Counted from the first letter of the stretch, positions 45,916 to 56,481 are shown. The stretch: DNA of 64,000 nt from an uncultured Gemmatimonadales bacterium (GCA_963728915.1 CAVSLV010000001.1:32001-96000), one strand, 5' to 3'. Numbers and translations: made by a program. The notes: generated from the letters alone by a model not told the origin.

Positions 45916-47787
45916 CTAGTCCCGCCGTCCCGGTACGATGGGCGGCGCCCCGCCACTCCGTACCGGGACGGCGGAGGCCTCCGGCTCGGGGGTAAAATCT
46001 TCGCCCGGGTTGATGAAGCGGTCCCGCTCGAGCTTGAACTGCTTGTCGTACAGCTGACGATACCGGCCACCCACCGCGAGCAGCTCGCGGTGGGTGCCGC
46101 GTTCCACGATCTCTCCGCCCTCCAGCACCAGGATCTGATCGGCACTCATGATGGTCGAGAGCCGGTGGGCGATCACGAACGTGGTGCGCCCTTTTCGGAG
46201 GGCCCGCAACCCGTCCTGAATCAGGCCTTCGCTTTCACTGTCGAGGCTCGAGGTCGCCTCGTCGAGCAGGAGAATGGCGGGGTCGGCCAGGATGGCCCGG
46301 GCGATCGCGACCCGCTGCCGCTGGCCGCCGGAGAGCTTGACCCCCCGCTCCCCCACGACGGTATCGTATTTCTCGGGGAAGCCCTGGATGAATTCATCGC
46401 AGTGTGCGATCCGGCTCACCGTTTCCACTTCGGCGCGGGTCGCGTCCGGACGGCTGAACCGGATGTTGTCGGCGACGGTGCCGTCGAACAGGAAGTTGTC
46501 CTGCAGCACGATGCCGAGCCGGCTCCGGTAGTCTCGAAGCCTAAGGGTGTTGAGATCGCGCCCATCGACCAGCACGGTCCCGTCCTGGGGCCGGTTGAAC
46601 GCCATGACCAGGCTGATCAGCGTGCTCTTTCCTGAACCGCTGCTCCCCACCAGGGCGGTCGTGGTCCCCTCCGGAGCGCGGAAGGAGACGTGGCGGATGA
46701 CCGGCACATCGGTCACGTACTCGAACGAGACATTCCGGAACTCCACGTCACCCCGCACAGCTTCGACCGGCTTCCGGCCGGCATCTTCGTCGTCCTCGGT
46801 CGGCATCGAGCGGATCTCGCGAATCCGGTCGAGGCCGGCGAACGCCTCGGTGATCTGGGTGCCGATCGAGGCGATCTGGATCAGCGGCGCCGCCATCAAT
46901 CCGGTGAAGAACACATAGCGGACCAGGTCGCCCAGGGTCATCCGGCCCGCGATGATGTCGTGGCCTCCGATCCAGAGCATGATGGCCCCGATGCCGCCGA
47001 CCACGATGCTGGAGAGCGCCGTGACCCCTCCCACGCCGGTCATGGTGATCGCGACGTTGCGGAACATCTTGTTGACGCCCTTGGTGAAGATGTAGTCCTC
47101 GCGCCGCTCCGCCACGTACGACTTGACGATCCGGATCCCGCCCAGCGATTCGGTCAACCGGCCGCTCACCGCGGCAGTGAGCTTCTGCCGCTCCCGGAAG
47201 ATCGGGCGGAGCTTGCTGAAGGCGTAGGTCATCCCCCCGCCGAACACGAAGAGCACCAGCAGGGTTCCCAGGGTCAGCCGCCAGTTGGTGTAGAACAGCA
47301 CCCCCATGGCGATAGCCGCGGTGAGCAGCCCGCCCACCAGCTGGACCAGGCCGGTGCCCACCAGGTTCCGGATCCCGTCGGCGTCGTTCATAACCCGCGA
47401 GAGCAGGATCCCGGTCTGGGTCTGGTCGAAGAACCGGATCGGGAGCCGGAGCACGTGCTCCTCGACCGACCGCCGCATGTCGGTGATCGCCCGCTGCGCC
47501 GCGATGCCCAGCACCCGGACCAGCGCGAAGGAGGTGATGGCCTGGACCACCGCGGCGCCCAGGATCGCCAGCGCGATCGGGCGGAGCAGCTCGGTGCGGT
47601 GCTCGAGGAAGACGTGATCGACCACGTACTTCGAGCTGGCCGGCATGACCAGCCCGGCCAGCCGGCTGATCAGCATGATCCCGAATCCGAGGAAGAGCCG
47701 GCCCCGGTAGCGCCAGACCAGCTCGCGGGCTTCCCGCCACGCGACCGAGAAGGTGATTTTCTTCTTCTTGGGGGGCTCCGCCATCAT
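45916..47787 (-). CDS. ABC exporter, fused permease/ATP-binding (MsbA-like)
   Basis: 6-TM domain, GSSGSGKST, LSGGQRQR, LLDEATS, IAHRLST. Confidence 0.93.
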   Translation of the reverse strand: MMAEPPKKKKITFSVAWREARELVWRYRGRLFLGFGIMLISRLAGLVMPASSKYVVDHVFLEHRTELLRPIALAILGAAVVQAITSFALVRVLGIAAQRAITDMRRSVEEHVLRLPIRFFDQTQTGILLSRVMNDADGIRNLVGTGLVQLVGGLLTAAIAMGVLFYTNWRLTLGTLLVLFVFGGGMTYAFSKLRPIFRERQKLTAAVSGRLTESLGGIRIVKSYVAERREDYIFTKGVNKMFRNVAITMTGVGGVTALSSIVVGGIGAIMLWIGGHDIIAGRMTLGDLVRYVFFTGLMAAPLIQIASIGTQITEAFAGLDRIREIRSMPTEDDEDAGRKPVEAVRGDVEFRNVSFEYVTDVPVIRHVSFRAPEGTTTALVGSSGSGKSTLISLVMAFNRPQDGTVLVDGRDLNTLRLRDYRSRLGIVLQDNFLFDGTVADNIRFSRPDATRAEVETVSRIAHCDEFIQGFPEKYDTVVGERGVKLSGGQRQRVAIARAILADPAILLLDEATSSLDSESEGLIQDGLRALRKGRTTFVIAHRLSTIMSADQILVLEGGEIVERGTHRELLAVGGRYRQLYDKQFKLERDRFINPGEDFTPEPEASAVPVRSGGAPPIVPGRRD

Positions 47788-48263
47788 CGTCCTCGCTGGG
47801 ATGCCAGCCGGGTGTCCACCCGCTGACGGAAAATCCCGAACAGGGTCCGACCTTCCTCACAGTTGGTTGCGATCCATTCGGCGTGCCGGAAGGCCCGGGG
47901 CGATACGGCCCCCCGGAATTCCGTGAGCCAGGGATGGAAGGATGCGAAGATCAGCAGGCCTTCGCCGTTGGATTCGACCAGGTAATCCGGATTCACGATG
48001 CCATGCCGGGCCATCCCGTAGGCCATCTCCCAGTAGGTGGTGACCTGGCGATAGGCGGCGTTGCCGGGGTGGTCGTTCTTGGTAATGGCCAGCGCGGCCT
48101 CGAAGGTCGCGGGCTGGAACTCCGTGATCATGTAGCGCCGCGACTCCCGCAGCAGGGGCTCGCGCCGCAGCTCATACAGGCGAAGGATCAGCTCGGCGTC
48201 GTGATGGTCGGGCGCGCTCTTGATCGAGGTTTCCCGAATGCGGGGAATGGGCAGGCCGGTCAT
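47784..48263 (-). CDS. hypothetical protein (DUF4760-like)
   Basis: DAELILRLYELRRE...RQVTTYWEM. Overlaps both neighbours by 4 bp. Confidence 0.7.
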   Translation of the reverse strand: MTGLPIPRIRETSIKSAPDHHDAELILRLYELRREPLLRESRRYMITEFQPATFEAALAITKNDHPGNAAYRQVTTYWEMAYGMARHGIVNPDYLVESNGEGLLIFASFHPWLTEFRGAVSPRAFRHAEWIATNCEEGRTLFGIFRQRVDTRLASQRGR

Positions 48264-48865
48264 CGGGGCTCCGGGCTGGCAGCCCGGCTCCTGGCAGAGG
48301 TGAGCCGGAGCGCCCCGGCGAACAGATCGACGTACTGCGCGATCGATTCGGCGGGGGCTCGGCGGTACAGGAACGGCAAGGCGTCACGGCTCATCGCATC
48401 GGTGAACAGGGCTCCGAGGTAGAGCGCCGCCGCGCTCGCGATATCGGTTCCCGGGGCGACTCTCCCTCGGGCCTTGAGCCGCCGCAGGTAGCCGGTCAGC
48501 TCCCGGGCCGCTCGCACCGTTGCGGCGTTCTCCCTGGGGGAGAGCTCCGGGAAGCTCTCCAGCTCGCAGAGCGAGGTGCGAATCACTCCCCGATGGCGCC
48601 AGAGTCCTTCCCAGACCAGCCGGGACCAGCGGAGCAGCTCGGCCCGAACATCCTCCGGTCGTGCCGGGAGACGGGGTGATTCGTCGGGAAGGCAAGCGCA
48701 CCGGATGGCTTCCTGGAGCAGCGCGTTCTTGGAGCCGAACTGACGGAACACGGTAACTTCGTTGACCCCCGCGCGGTGGGCGATCCGCCGGGTGGTCGTG
48801 CCCCGGAACCCGGTTTCAGCGTACAGCTCGGTGGCGGCGCGGAGGATTTTGTCGCGGGAAACCAT
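48260..48865 (-). CDS. TetR/AcrR family transcriptional regulator
   Basis: ILRAATELYAETGFRGTTTRRIAHRAGVNEVTVFRQFGSK. Confidence 0.92.
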   Translation of the reverse strand: MVSRDKILRAATELYAETGFRGTTTRRIAHRAGVNEVTVFRQFGSKNALLQEAIRCACLPDESPRLPARPEDVRAELLRWSRLVWEGLWRHRGVIRTSLCELESFPELSPRENAATVRAARELTGYLRRLKARGRVAPGTDIASAAALYLGALFTDAMSRDALPFLYRRAPAESIAQYVDLFAGALRLTSARSRAASPEPR

Positions 48866-48894
48866 GAAGCTGTCAACATAAGGACGGGTCCGAG

Positions 48895-48920
48895 CCCATG
48901 CAAGCATCCGCTTGCATGGG
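48895..48920. promoter_or_regulatory. palindromic operator candidate in the divergent promoter region
   Basis: Perfect 11-bp inverted repeat CCCATGCAAGC-atcc-GCTTGCATGGG, next to a TAGGTT -10-like element. Confidence 0.7.
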
Positions 48921-48933
48921 TTAGGTTTGGCCG

Positions 48934-49485
48934 ATGCGCCCCGTTCTGCTGGCCGCGCCGGGACTCCTGTGGCTTGCCGCCACGGGATGCAGGAAGGACC
49001 CGCCCCCGCCGCGCGCGGACCGCGCCGCGGTCCCTCCGCCGGTGCTGGGGGCGGTCCCCGTCATCGTGCAGCCCACGGTGGTGGGCTTCTGGCTCCGGGG
49101 GAGCGACACCCTGCCCGGGGAAGAGGCCCGCGCGGCCCGGGCCGAGTACCTCCGCCTGGTCGAGGAAGTCTCCCGGTATCTCGGGGGCACCGACGTGCAG
49201 TTTGCCCGGGTGGAGACCGATACGATCGTGGTGCAGCTGGCCGGCGGCGTGCAACGCATCATCATGCTCACCGGTCTCGACTACCCCTACGGCTTCGTGC
49301 TGGTCGACCCGGGTTATGCCGAGGAGTTCCATACCGGTCTCGACCTGCTGGAAGATCTGGAGGATGCCATCGTGGACTACTTCGGGCTGGAGGACGACCA
49401 GAAGGCGGCCAAGCCGCGGCACCGGATTGCGGATTTCCCGATCGGCTCGCAGCTTCTCCCCGTCTCGATGATCAACCGCCCCTAG
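48934..49485 (+). CDS. hypothetical lipoprotein
   Basis: Lipobox ATGC followed by a Pro-rich linker. Its stop overlaps the next GTG. Confidence 0.7.
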   Translation: MRPVLLAAPGLLWLAATGCRKDPPPPRADRAAVPPPVLGAVPVIVQPTVVGFWLRGSDTLPGEEARAARAEYLRLVEEVSRYLGGTDVQFARVETDTIVVQLAGGVQRIIMLTGLDYPYGFVLVDPGYAEEFHTGLDLLEDLEDAIVDYFGLEDDQKAAKPRHRIADFPIGSQLLPVSMINRP

Positions 49486-51981
49486 TGCGGATACCAGCCC
49501 TCCGGCTCTTCCTCGCCGCGGTGACCCTCGGAGCCCTCGTGGTTCTCGGCGCCCGGGGCGCCGGGCCGCTTCCCCCGCTGGGCCGCTTCCTCGACCCGGT
49601 GCACGGGGTGTGGGCCGTGGCCCGGAGTGCGGAGCTCCCCGCCGACAAGGAAGCCCGGATTCCTGGCCTCTCGGCCCCGGTCACGGTGCTCTACGACGAT
49701 CGGGGGGTGCCTCACCTCTTTGCCCGAAACGAGGAAGACGCCTGGCGAGCCGAAGGCTATGTCCTGGCGCGGGACCGTCTCTTCCAGATGGAGCTCCAGA
49801 CCCGGGCCGCGGCCGGGAGGTTGGCGGAGCTGGTGGGACCCCGGGCCCGTGAGGTCGACCTCGCGACCCGCCGACGGGGATTTCCCTGGGCCGCGTCCCG
49901 GAGTTTCGCGGCGCTCGATTCATCGTCGCTCGGGTTTCGGGCCGCGCGCGCGTACGCCAGCGGCGTCAACGCGTTCATCGACCAGCTGACGCCGGGCACC
50001 CTGCCCCTTGAGTATCGACTGCTCAACGCGCGTCCGTCCGCCTGGGAGCCGATCAATACGTCCTACCTGTTTCTCCAGATGTCGTACATCCTTGGCTGGG
50101 ACGATCCCACCCTCGAGAAAATGGAGACCAGGGGCCTGGTAGGCAGGGCGGCGGCCGACGCGCTCTTTCCGGTCAACAGTCCCATCCAGGAGCCGATCCA
50201 GCCCAACGGGCAGAGCGCGCCACGGTTCGACTTCACCCCCCTTGCCCCCCCCGGGCCTCCCGACTCCCTGGCCCTCCTGTCTTTTCGCTCCATGGAGGCC
50301 GTGAACGCGCGGCTCGGCCAGAGCGCCCGGCGCTCGGCCGGGGGTGACGCGATCGGCAGCAACAATTGGGCGGTGATGCCCCGGCGTACTGCGTCCGGGT
50401 TCGCCCTCCTCGCCGGCGATCCTCACCTCGATCTTTCCCTCCCCTCGATCTGGTACGAAATCCACCTCAACGTCGCGGGCGGTCCGGACGTGGCCGGAGT
50501 CACCTTCGCCGGCTCACCGGGTGTGATCATCGGGTTCAACCGGGACGTGGCCTGGTCCTTCACCAACACCGGCGCGGACGTTCGCGATCTCTACCGGGAA
50601 ACCGTGGACGATCCGTCGCATCCCACCCGCTACCGTCTCGATGGAGACTGGAAGCCGCTCGAGCTTCGCGAGGAGGTCGTGCGGGGCCGGTTGGGGGAAG
50701 TCCTCGCCGTGGACACGGTGCGGTTCACCCATCGGGGGCCGCTGGTTCCCGTGAACGGCCAATGGCTGTCGGTCCGCTGGACCATCTGGGACGCCCGAGC
50801 CTATGGAGAGGAGTTTCTCCGGCTCGATCGGGCCCGTTCGGTGCCGGAGTGGCTCGCCGGGTGGAAGGATTTCGTGGCCCCGGCGCAGAACGGGATTGCC
50901 GGGGATCGAAGTGGAAACATCACCATCCGATCCACCGGCAGGTTTCCGCTCCGCCCCGGCAACGGAAGAGGCGACGAGATCCGGGACGGCAGCACCAGGA
51001 CGAGCGACTGGACGGGGTCCCTGCCGCTCGAGCGTTATCCGTCTTCCATCGATCCAGCCCAGGGGTTTCTGGCCTCCGCGAATCAGCAGCCGGTCGATCC
51101 CCGGGTCGAGCCGGTCTACCTGGGCGCTGACTGGTACTCCCCCTGGCGTGCGATGAGGATCAACGCGCTCCTCCGCGCCGACTCGGCGGTGACGCCTGAC
51201 GCGATGCGCCGGTTCCAGGGCGACGCCCGGAGCGTGCGGGCCGACTTGTTCATTCCCTATCTACTGACGGCGGCGGCCACCTCCATCGACAGCCTGGCGC
51301 ACCAGGCAGCCTTGCTGCTCGCAGCCTGGGACCACACCTACACCCGGGAAAGCCAGGCCGCTGGACTCTTCGAGGTGACGATGGCCGAGCTGAATCGGTT
51401 GACCTGGGACGAGTTGATCCCGGCCGGATCGTCTTCTCCCTCCAAGCCTGCGGATCCCGTGGCGGTTCCCCAGGATGCTATTCTGCTCGAGCTCATGGCC
51501 GATTCGACCAGCGCGTGGTGGGACCGGGAGGCGACGACGCCGGTCGAGCGGAGAGATGCGGTCCTCGCCGAGGCGCTGCATCGCGGTTGGGCTGGAATGG
51601 TGGAACGCTGGGGCCCACCGGGCGAAGCGTGGCGCTGGGACCGGGTTCACCGAGCCAACATCTGGCACCTGCTCCGGATTCCCGGGTCTTTCCGCCCTCG
51701 ACCTTCCGGTCCAGGCGGGGAATGGGACGCTCAATCCCTCGCCCGGGACCGGCACCCACGGGGCGAGCTGGCGCATGGTCGCCGAGCTGGGCCCCGAGGT
51801 CCGCGCCATGGGGACCTATCCCGGCGGGCAATCGGGAAACCCCGCGAGCACTCGATACGACAATCGGATTGCCGGCTGGCTCGCCGGCTCGCTCGATTCG
51901 CTGCTGTTTCCCTCCCGGCCGGAGGACCTGCCGCGATTCCGGGTGCAAAGCGCCCTGACGCTCCTTCCGAGGGAGCCCTGA
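49485..51981 (+). pseudogene. penicillin/acyl-homoserine-lactone acylase family Ntn hydrolase, with a +1 frameshift near 51681-51686 (real or sequencing error)
   Basis: DDRGVPH, ARDRLFQME, GSNNW nucleophile, GDPHL, SANQ. The conserved C-terminus GASWRMV...PGGQSGNP..Y is in the next frame. Confidence 0.85.
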
Positions 51982-52356
51982 TGCGGCGCCTGCTCGCCAT
52001 CGTCCTGCTCGCCCTGGCGATCGGTCTGGGAACGTTCGTGGCCTGGTGGTTGGTCCCGGCGATCGGGCTGATCTGGGGATTCATGGCGGCGGGGCGAGCG
52101 ACGGCCGGCGGGGCGGCGCCCGATCCTGGAGGTGACCCTCGGGGCGGGCCTGGCGTGGGGCGGCTGCCTCCTCGGTGACGCGCTCGCCTCCCGGGGCGGG
52201 TTAGGCCGGCTTGCCACGCGGCTCGGGCCGGTGTTCCACACCCCGGCGCCCCTGCTCTTCGGAGCGACGGTGGCCTTCGCGATGCTCCTGGCGGCGGCCG
52301 CCGCGGCCATCGGCGCCGGGTTAGGATCATCTCTACCGCCCAGGGGCTCGTCATGA
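51981..52356 (+). pseudogene. small multi-TM membrane protein split by a +1 frameshift around 52086-52115
   Basis: Hydrophobic N-part MRRLLAIVLL...WWLVPAIGLIWG continues as hydrophobic ILEVTLGAGLAWG... in the next frame. Confidence 0.65.
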
Positions 52357-54371
52357 CTCGAACCGCATCGCTCCGCGGCAGGTGGCCCCTCTGGCCGGCC
52401 CTCGTCCTGGCCGGTTGCTCCGGCGGGGCCGCCGGCCCGGAGCCCCCCCCGCCGCCGCCCCCGGCCCCGGTCGCCTCGGTCGCGGTGAATCTCGCGCCGA
52501 CCGGGATCGCGATCGGCCAGACCGCTCAGGCCACCGCCAACCTGCGTGATGCGGCGGGACTGCTCCTCAACGACCGGCCGGTGACCTGGAGCTCGACCTC
52601 CACCTCGGTTGCCACCGTCAATTCCAGCGGCCTGGTCACCGCGGTCGCGGTCGGCGCCGCCGGCATTGCCGCGACCGCCGAGGGCATTTCCGGTTCGGCA
52701 GAGCTCCAGGTCTTCGGCTCGACCCAGAATCTCACGGTGGACAATGTGACGGTGACCCAGGTGGTCCAGCGCTATGACGGCACGATACCGCTCGTCGTGG
52801 GGGGACACCCGGTCCTGGTGAACGTCTTCGGCACCCTGGACCGCCCGTTTCCCGCCGGCACTCAGGCGCCCAAGGTCCGGATCGAGATCTTCAACGGCGC
52901 CGCCCTGGTGCAAACCGACGAGCGCGCGATGACCGGCAGCGCCGCTGCACAGGTCAATCCCGAGCAGCCGATCCATCAGGTGGTCCTGCCTGCCTCCATT
53001 GTCCATGCTGGACTCGCGATCCGGGTGACGATCAATCCGGATGGCGTGATCCCCGAGGCCAATCTGACCGACAATCAATGGCCCCGATCGGGGACCCAGC
53101 CGGTTGCCGCGGTCACGGTCCCGACGCTCCCGTTGCATTTCGTACCCATTCTCCTGACCAGCGGCGGCTCGATCGGCACCGTGACGTCCGCCAACCTCCC
53201 CGAATACCTCAATGCCACCGAGCAGCTCCATCCGGTCTCGACGATCGACGCGGACATCGGCGCGGTGTTTGCGACCGACGTGGCGTTCGGCGGTGGCGAC
53301 GCGACCGCCTGGACCACCATTCTCCAGCAGCTCGATGTTCTCCGGGTGATGGAAGGCACCAGCCGTTACTATGTCGGCGCCCTGCAACCCCCGCCCGGCG
53401 TGACCTTCGTCCAGTTCGGGGGGTACGGATACATCCCCCCGAACCCGCAGAGCAGCGGTCCAACGACGCGCACCGCGGTGCTGGTCGGAGCCGGCTGGTT
53501 CAATCGGGCCCGGCAGACCACCGAGCTGGTGGCCCACGAGCTGGGCCACACCATGGGACGGGCTCATTCCCCCTGTGGGGGCGCCTCGAATCCCGATCCC
53601 AACTATCCCTACGCCGGGGCTCAGCTCGGCGTCCCGGGATACGACTTGTTCACCTGGCAATCCACCGGGTCAGGGCTCCCGATTGCCTATCCCTCTTCGA
53701 ACTTCGACATCATGTCGTACTGCACCCCGGCCTGGATCAGCGACTACACCTACGTTCGTCTGATCGCGGCACGGGGTGCGGTCAACGCCGCCCCGGCCCT
53801 CCGGCCCACCGCGGGGGCGTGTCCCTGCCTCATCGTCTGGGGCAGTGTTCGGGACGACGCGATTCGGCTGGAACCCTCGTTCGTGGCGCCTGCTCCGGCG
53901 TTGCCATCGGAGCCGTCTTCCGGCGCGGGAGGACGGTTCTTCCTGTCGGTGGGGGGAAGCGGGGCCACTCCGCTGGCGCAATTCCGGTTCGATCCGGTTG
54001 AGATCGACCACGCCGCCGGGATCCGGCATTTTCTGTTCGCCATCCCCTTCCCGGCGAACCAGCTTTCCGGTCTCTCCCTGGTATCGGTGAGTGGGGCAGG
54101 GCTTCGCGCCGAACGGACGGCTCCCCTCGTCGGCTCTCCCCCATCCATCCGGGTGGAGTCGGCGGGGTCGGCGACCTTGCGACTTCGCTGGGATGGGGAA
54201 ACGTTCCCGCTCCTGGTGATCCGCGACCCCCGGGATGGACGGATCCTCCAGTTGGCGCAGGGAGGCACCGCGCTGATCGCCCGGGGGCCCCTCGCCCTCG
54301 ATCTGACCGTGTCGGATGGCGTGCGCAGCACCGTCTTGCGGGTTATGACCTCTTCAGGAGGCTTTCCATGA
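52353..54371 (+). CDS. lipoprotein with Big_2 Ig-like domain and M66-like zinc metalloprotease domain
   Basis: Lipobox LAGC, VTWSSTSTSVATV, HELGHTMGRAH, DIMSYC (Met-turn), WISDYTY. Confidence 0.85.
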   Translation: MTRTASLRGRWPLWPALVLAGCSGGAAGPEPPPPPPPAPVASVAVNLAPTGIAIGQTAQATANLRDAAGLLLNDRPVTWSSTSTSVATVNSSGLVTAVAVGAAGIAATAEGISGSAELQVFGSTQNLTVDNVTVTQVVQRYDGTIPLVVGGHPVLVNVFGTLDRPFPAGTQAPKVRIEIFNGAALVQTDERAMTGSAAAQVNPEQPIHQVVLPASIVHAGLAIRVTINPDGVIPEANLTDNQWPRSGTQPVAAVTVPTLPLHFVPILLTSGGSIGTVTSANLPEYLNATEQLHPVSTIDADIGAVFATDVAFGGGDATAWTTILQQLDVLRVMEGTSRYYVGALQPPPGVTFVQFGGYGYIPPNPQSSGPTTRTAVLVGAGWFNRARQTTELVAHELGHTMGRAHSPCGGASNPDPNYPYAGAQLGVPGYDLFTWQSTGSGLPIAYPSSNFDIMSYCTPAWISDYTYVRLIAARGAVNAAPALRPTAGACPCLIVWGSVRDDAIRLEPSFVAPAPALPSEPSSGAGGRFFLSVGGSGATPLAQFRFDPVEIDHAAGIRHFLFAIPFPANQLSGLSLVSVSGAGLRAERTAPLVGSPPSIRVESAGSATLRLRWDGETFPLLVIRDPRDGRILQLAQGGTALIARGPLALDLTVSDGVRSTVLRVMTSSGGFP

Positions 54372-55276
54372 CCGGTCGGCTCCGGCGCAGCCTGTTCCCT
54401 CTCGCCCTGGTGGCCGGCCTGCCGGCGGCGGCCTGGTCCCAGGTCAACTACGATACCGTCCAGGTCCGGTCCATCCCGGCGGGTCCCGGGGTCTATATGC
54501 TGACCGGGGTGGGAGGCAACATCGGGCTCTCGGTCGGCGATGACGCCGCGTTCCTGGTCGACGATCAGTACGCCCAGCTGAGCGAAAAGCTGATCACTGC
54601 CGTCCGGGCTCTCACCGACAAGCCGATCCGCTTCATCGTCAATACCCACTGGCACGGCGATCACACCGGGGGCAACGAGAATCTCGCCAGCACGGGGGTC
54701 ATTATCGTGGCCCACGAGAATGTCCGGATCCGGATGAGCAGCGAGCAGTTCATCGCCGCGCTCAACACCCGGAGCCCCGCCTCGCCGCCCCGGGCCCTGC
54801 CGATCGTGACCTTCGGCGACGGGGTCGCCTTTCATCTGAACGGCGACGACATTCACGTGCTGCACGTCGGGCCGGCCCATACCGATGGCGATGCGATCAT
54901 TCACTTCACCCGGGCCAACGTCCTTCACATGGGCGACGTGTTCTTCAACGGGCGATATCCGCTGATCGATCTGTCCAGCGGGGGCTCCTTCGAGGGAATG
55001 GTCACCGCGGCGAACACCGGGCTTCGCTTTGCGAATGACAGCACCCGGATCATTCCGGGCCACGGACCCATGGCGACCCGGGCCGACCTGGTGAAGTACC
55101 GCGACATGCTGGCCACGATCCGGGATCGGGTCGCCGCGCTGATTCGGCAGGGAAAGACCCGGGAGCAGGTGATCGCGGCCAGGCCCTCCGCCGAATGGGA
55201 TGCGACGCTGGGCGCGGGAAATATCAAGCCGGAGATGCTGATCGGGTTTGCCTACGACAGCATGAAGAAGCCCTAG
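54368..55276 (+). CDS. secreted MBL-fold metallo-hydrolase
   Basis: Signal peptide, NTHWHGDHTGGN, AHTDGD, HMGD, IPGHG. Confidence 0.9.
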   Translation: MTGRLRRSLFPLALVAGLPAAAWSQVNYDTVQVRSIPAGPGVYMLTGVGGNIGLSVGDDAAFLVDDQYAQLSEKLITAVRALTDKPIRFIVNTHWHGDHTGGNENLASTGVIIVAHENVRIRMSSEQFIAALNTRSPASPPRALPIVTFGDGVAFHLNGDDIHVLHVGPAHTDGDAIIHFTRANVLHMGDVFFNGRYPLIDLSSGGSFEGMVTAANTGLRFANDSTRIIPGHGPMATRADLVKYRDMLATIRDRVAALIRQGKTREQVIAARPSAEWDATLGAGNIKPEMLIGFAYDSMKKP

Positions 55277-55425
55277 GTCCGGAGGCGCCCCGCGTCCTTG
55301 GCGGCCTTCCGGAGCAGGAACTCGATCTGCGCGTTGAGCGAGCGCAGCTCCGACCCCGCCCAGCGCTGCAAGGCTTCATGCAGTGCCGGATCGAGTCGGA
55401 GCAACAGGGCTTTGCGTTCGGCCAC
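55273..55425 (-). CDS. 50-aa Arc/ribbon-helix-helix DNA-binding protein (not in the ORF track)
   Basis: MAERKALLLRLDPALHEALQRWAGSELRSLNAQIEFLLRKAAKDAGRLRT. GTG lies 9 nt after the SPFH stop. Confidence 0.85.
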   Translation of the reverse strand: MAERKALLLRLDPALHEALQRWAGSELRSLNAQIEFLLRKAAKDAGRLRT

Positions 55426-55434
55426 GGGCTCGGA

Positions 55435-56307
55435 TCAGCCGGCGTAGAGCGTGCCGGTGTTCACGACCGGCTGGGTCCCGCGCTCGCCGCAGAGCACCAC
55501 GAGCAGGTTCGAGACCATCGCCGCGCGCCGTTCGTCATCCAGCTGGAGAATCTGCTTCTGCGCGAGCAGGTCCAGCGCATTCTCGACCATCCCCACCGCG
55601 CCCTCCACGATCCGGCTTCGGGCCGCGATGATGGCGCCGGCCTGCTGGCGTTGCAGCATCGCCTGGGCGATCTCCGGCGAATACGCCAAGTGCGAGAGCC
55701 GGGCCTCCTTGACCTCGACCCCGGCCTTGGCCAGCCGCTCCGACAGCTGCCGCATCAGGTTCTCGGCCACTTCGTCGGCATGGGATGAGAGCGCGGCTTC
55801 ATCGGGAGTATGCGAGTCATAGGGATAGCTCGAGGCCATGGCCCGGACCGCCGACTCGCTCTGCACCTTCATGTAGTTCTCGTAGTCGTCCACTTCGAAC
55901 AGGGCCTCGGCGGTGTCGACCACCCGCCAGACCACGATGGCTGCGACTTCGATGGGATTGCTGTGGGCGTCGTTTACCTTGAGCTTGGCGGTCTCGAAGT
56001 TCCGCACCCGTAACGACACCCGCCGTTTGACCGTGAAGGGATTCACGAACCAGAAGCCGGCCTCCTTGACCGATCCATGGTACTTGCCGAACAGCACCAG
56101 CACCTTGGCCTCGTTGGGTTGCACGACGATAAGACCGGGCGGGATCAGCATGAGCACCACGAAAAGGACGATGCTCCCGATCAGACCAATCGCCGACTGG
56201 GCCTGGATCTGGTTCACGAAGAGCCATCCCACCAGGACCAGACCCGCCAGGAAGATGAACAGCATGAGAAATCCTGCCGACGGCCGACGAACCAGCTCGC
56301 GCACCAT
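55435..56307 (-). CDS. SPFH/band-7 domain membrane protein
   Basis: Two TM helices, [47 protein letters not shown]. Confidence 0.92.
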   Translation of the reverse strand: MVRELVRRPSAGFLMLFIFLAGLVLVGWLFVNQIQAQSAIGLIGSIVLFVVLMLIPPGLIVVQPNEAKVLVLFGKYHGSVKEAGFWFVNPFTVKRRVSLRVRNFETAKLKVNDAHSNPIEVAAIVVWRVVDTAEALFEVDDYENYMKVQSESAVRAMASSYPYDSHTPDEAALSSHADEVAENLMRQLSERLAKAGVEVKEARLSHLAYSPEIAQAMLQRQQAGAIIAARSRIVEGAVGMVENALDLLAQKQILQLDDERRAAMVSNLLVVLCGERGTQPVVNTGTLYAG

Positions 56308-56323
56308 TGCCCGACTCCGCTAG

Positions 56324-56364
56324 AGTGATACTGATATGATATCACTATGATAGAACGGCGTCAA
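56324..56364 (-). promoter_or_regulatory. sigma70 promoter of the SPFH-Arc operon overlapped by TGATA operator repeats
   Basis: TTGACG (56364-56359)-N17-TATCAT (56341-56336). AGTGATA...TATCACT inverted repeat plus further TGATA copies. Confidence 0.75.
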
Positions 56365-56481
56365 GCGCCACGATTCGGGTATCCTCCGACGACCAGCGCT
56401 CGGCCCCCATCGGTTCCAACGTTCCCCCGGCCGCAAGTCTCCAACCGATCGAGATTTGGCGCTGTTCCGTGAGGAGGAAGC

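Noticed and set aside
48912..52178. 1088-aa ORF as a single protein
   Set aside because: It is an artefact: an upstream extension over the lipoprotein gene, plus the acylase, plus frameshift read-through into the next gene.
54368..55276. Metallo-beta-lactamase resistance gene
   Set aside because: The HxHxDH motif is shared by the whole MBL-fold superfamily. Nothing specific supports class B beta-lactamase activity.
55273..55425. Antitoxin of a toxin-antitoxin pair
   Set aside because: There is no adjacent toxin gene. Its position behind SPFH and the operator boxes fit a simple repressor.
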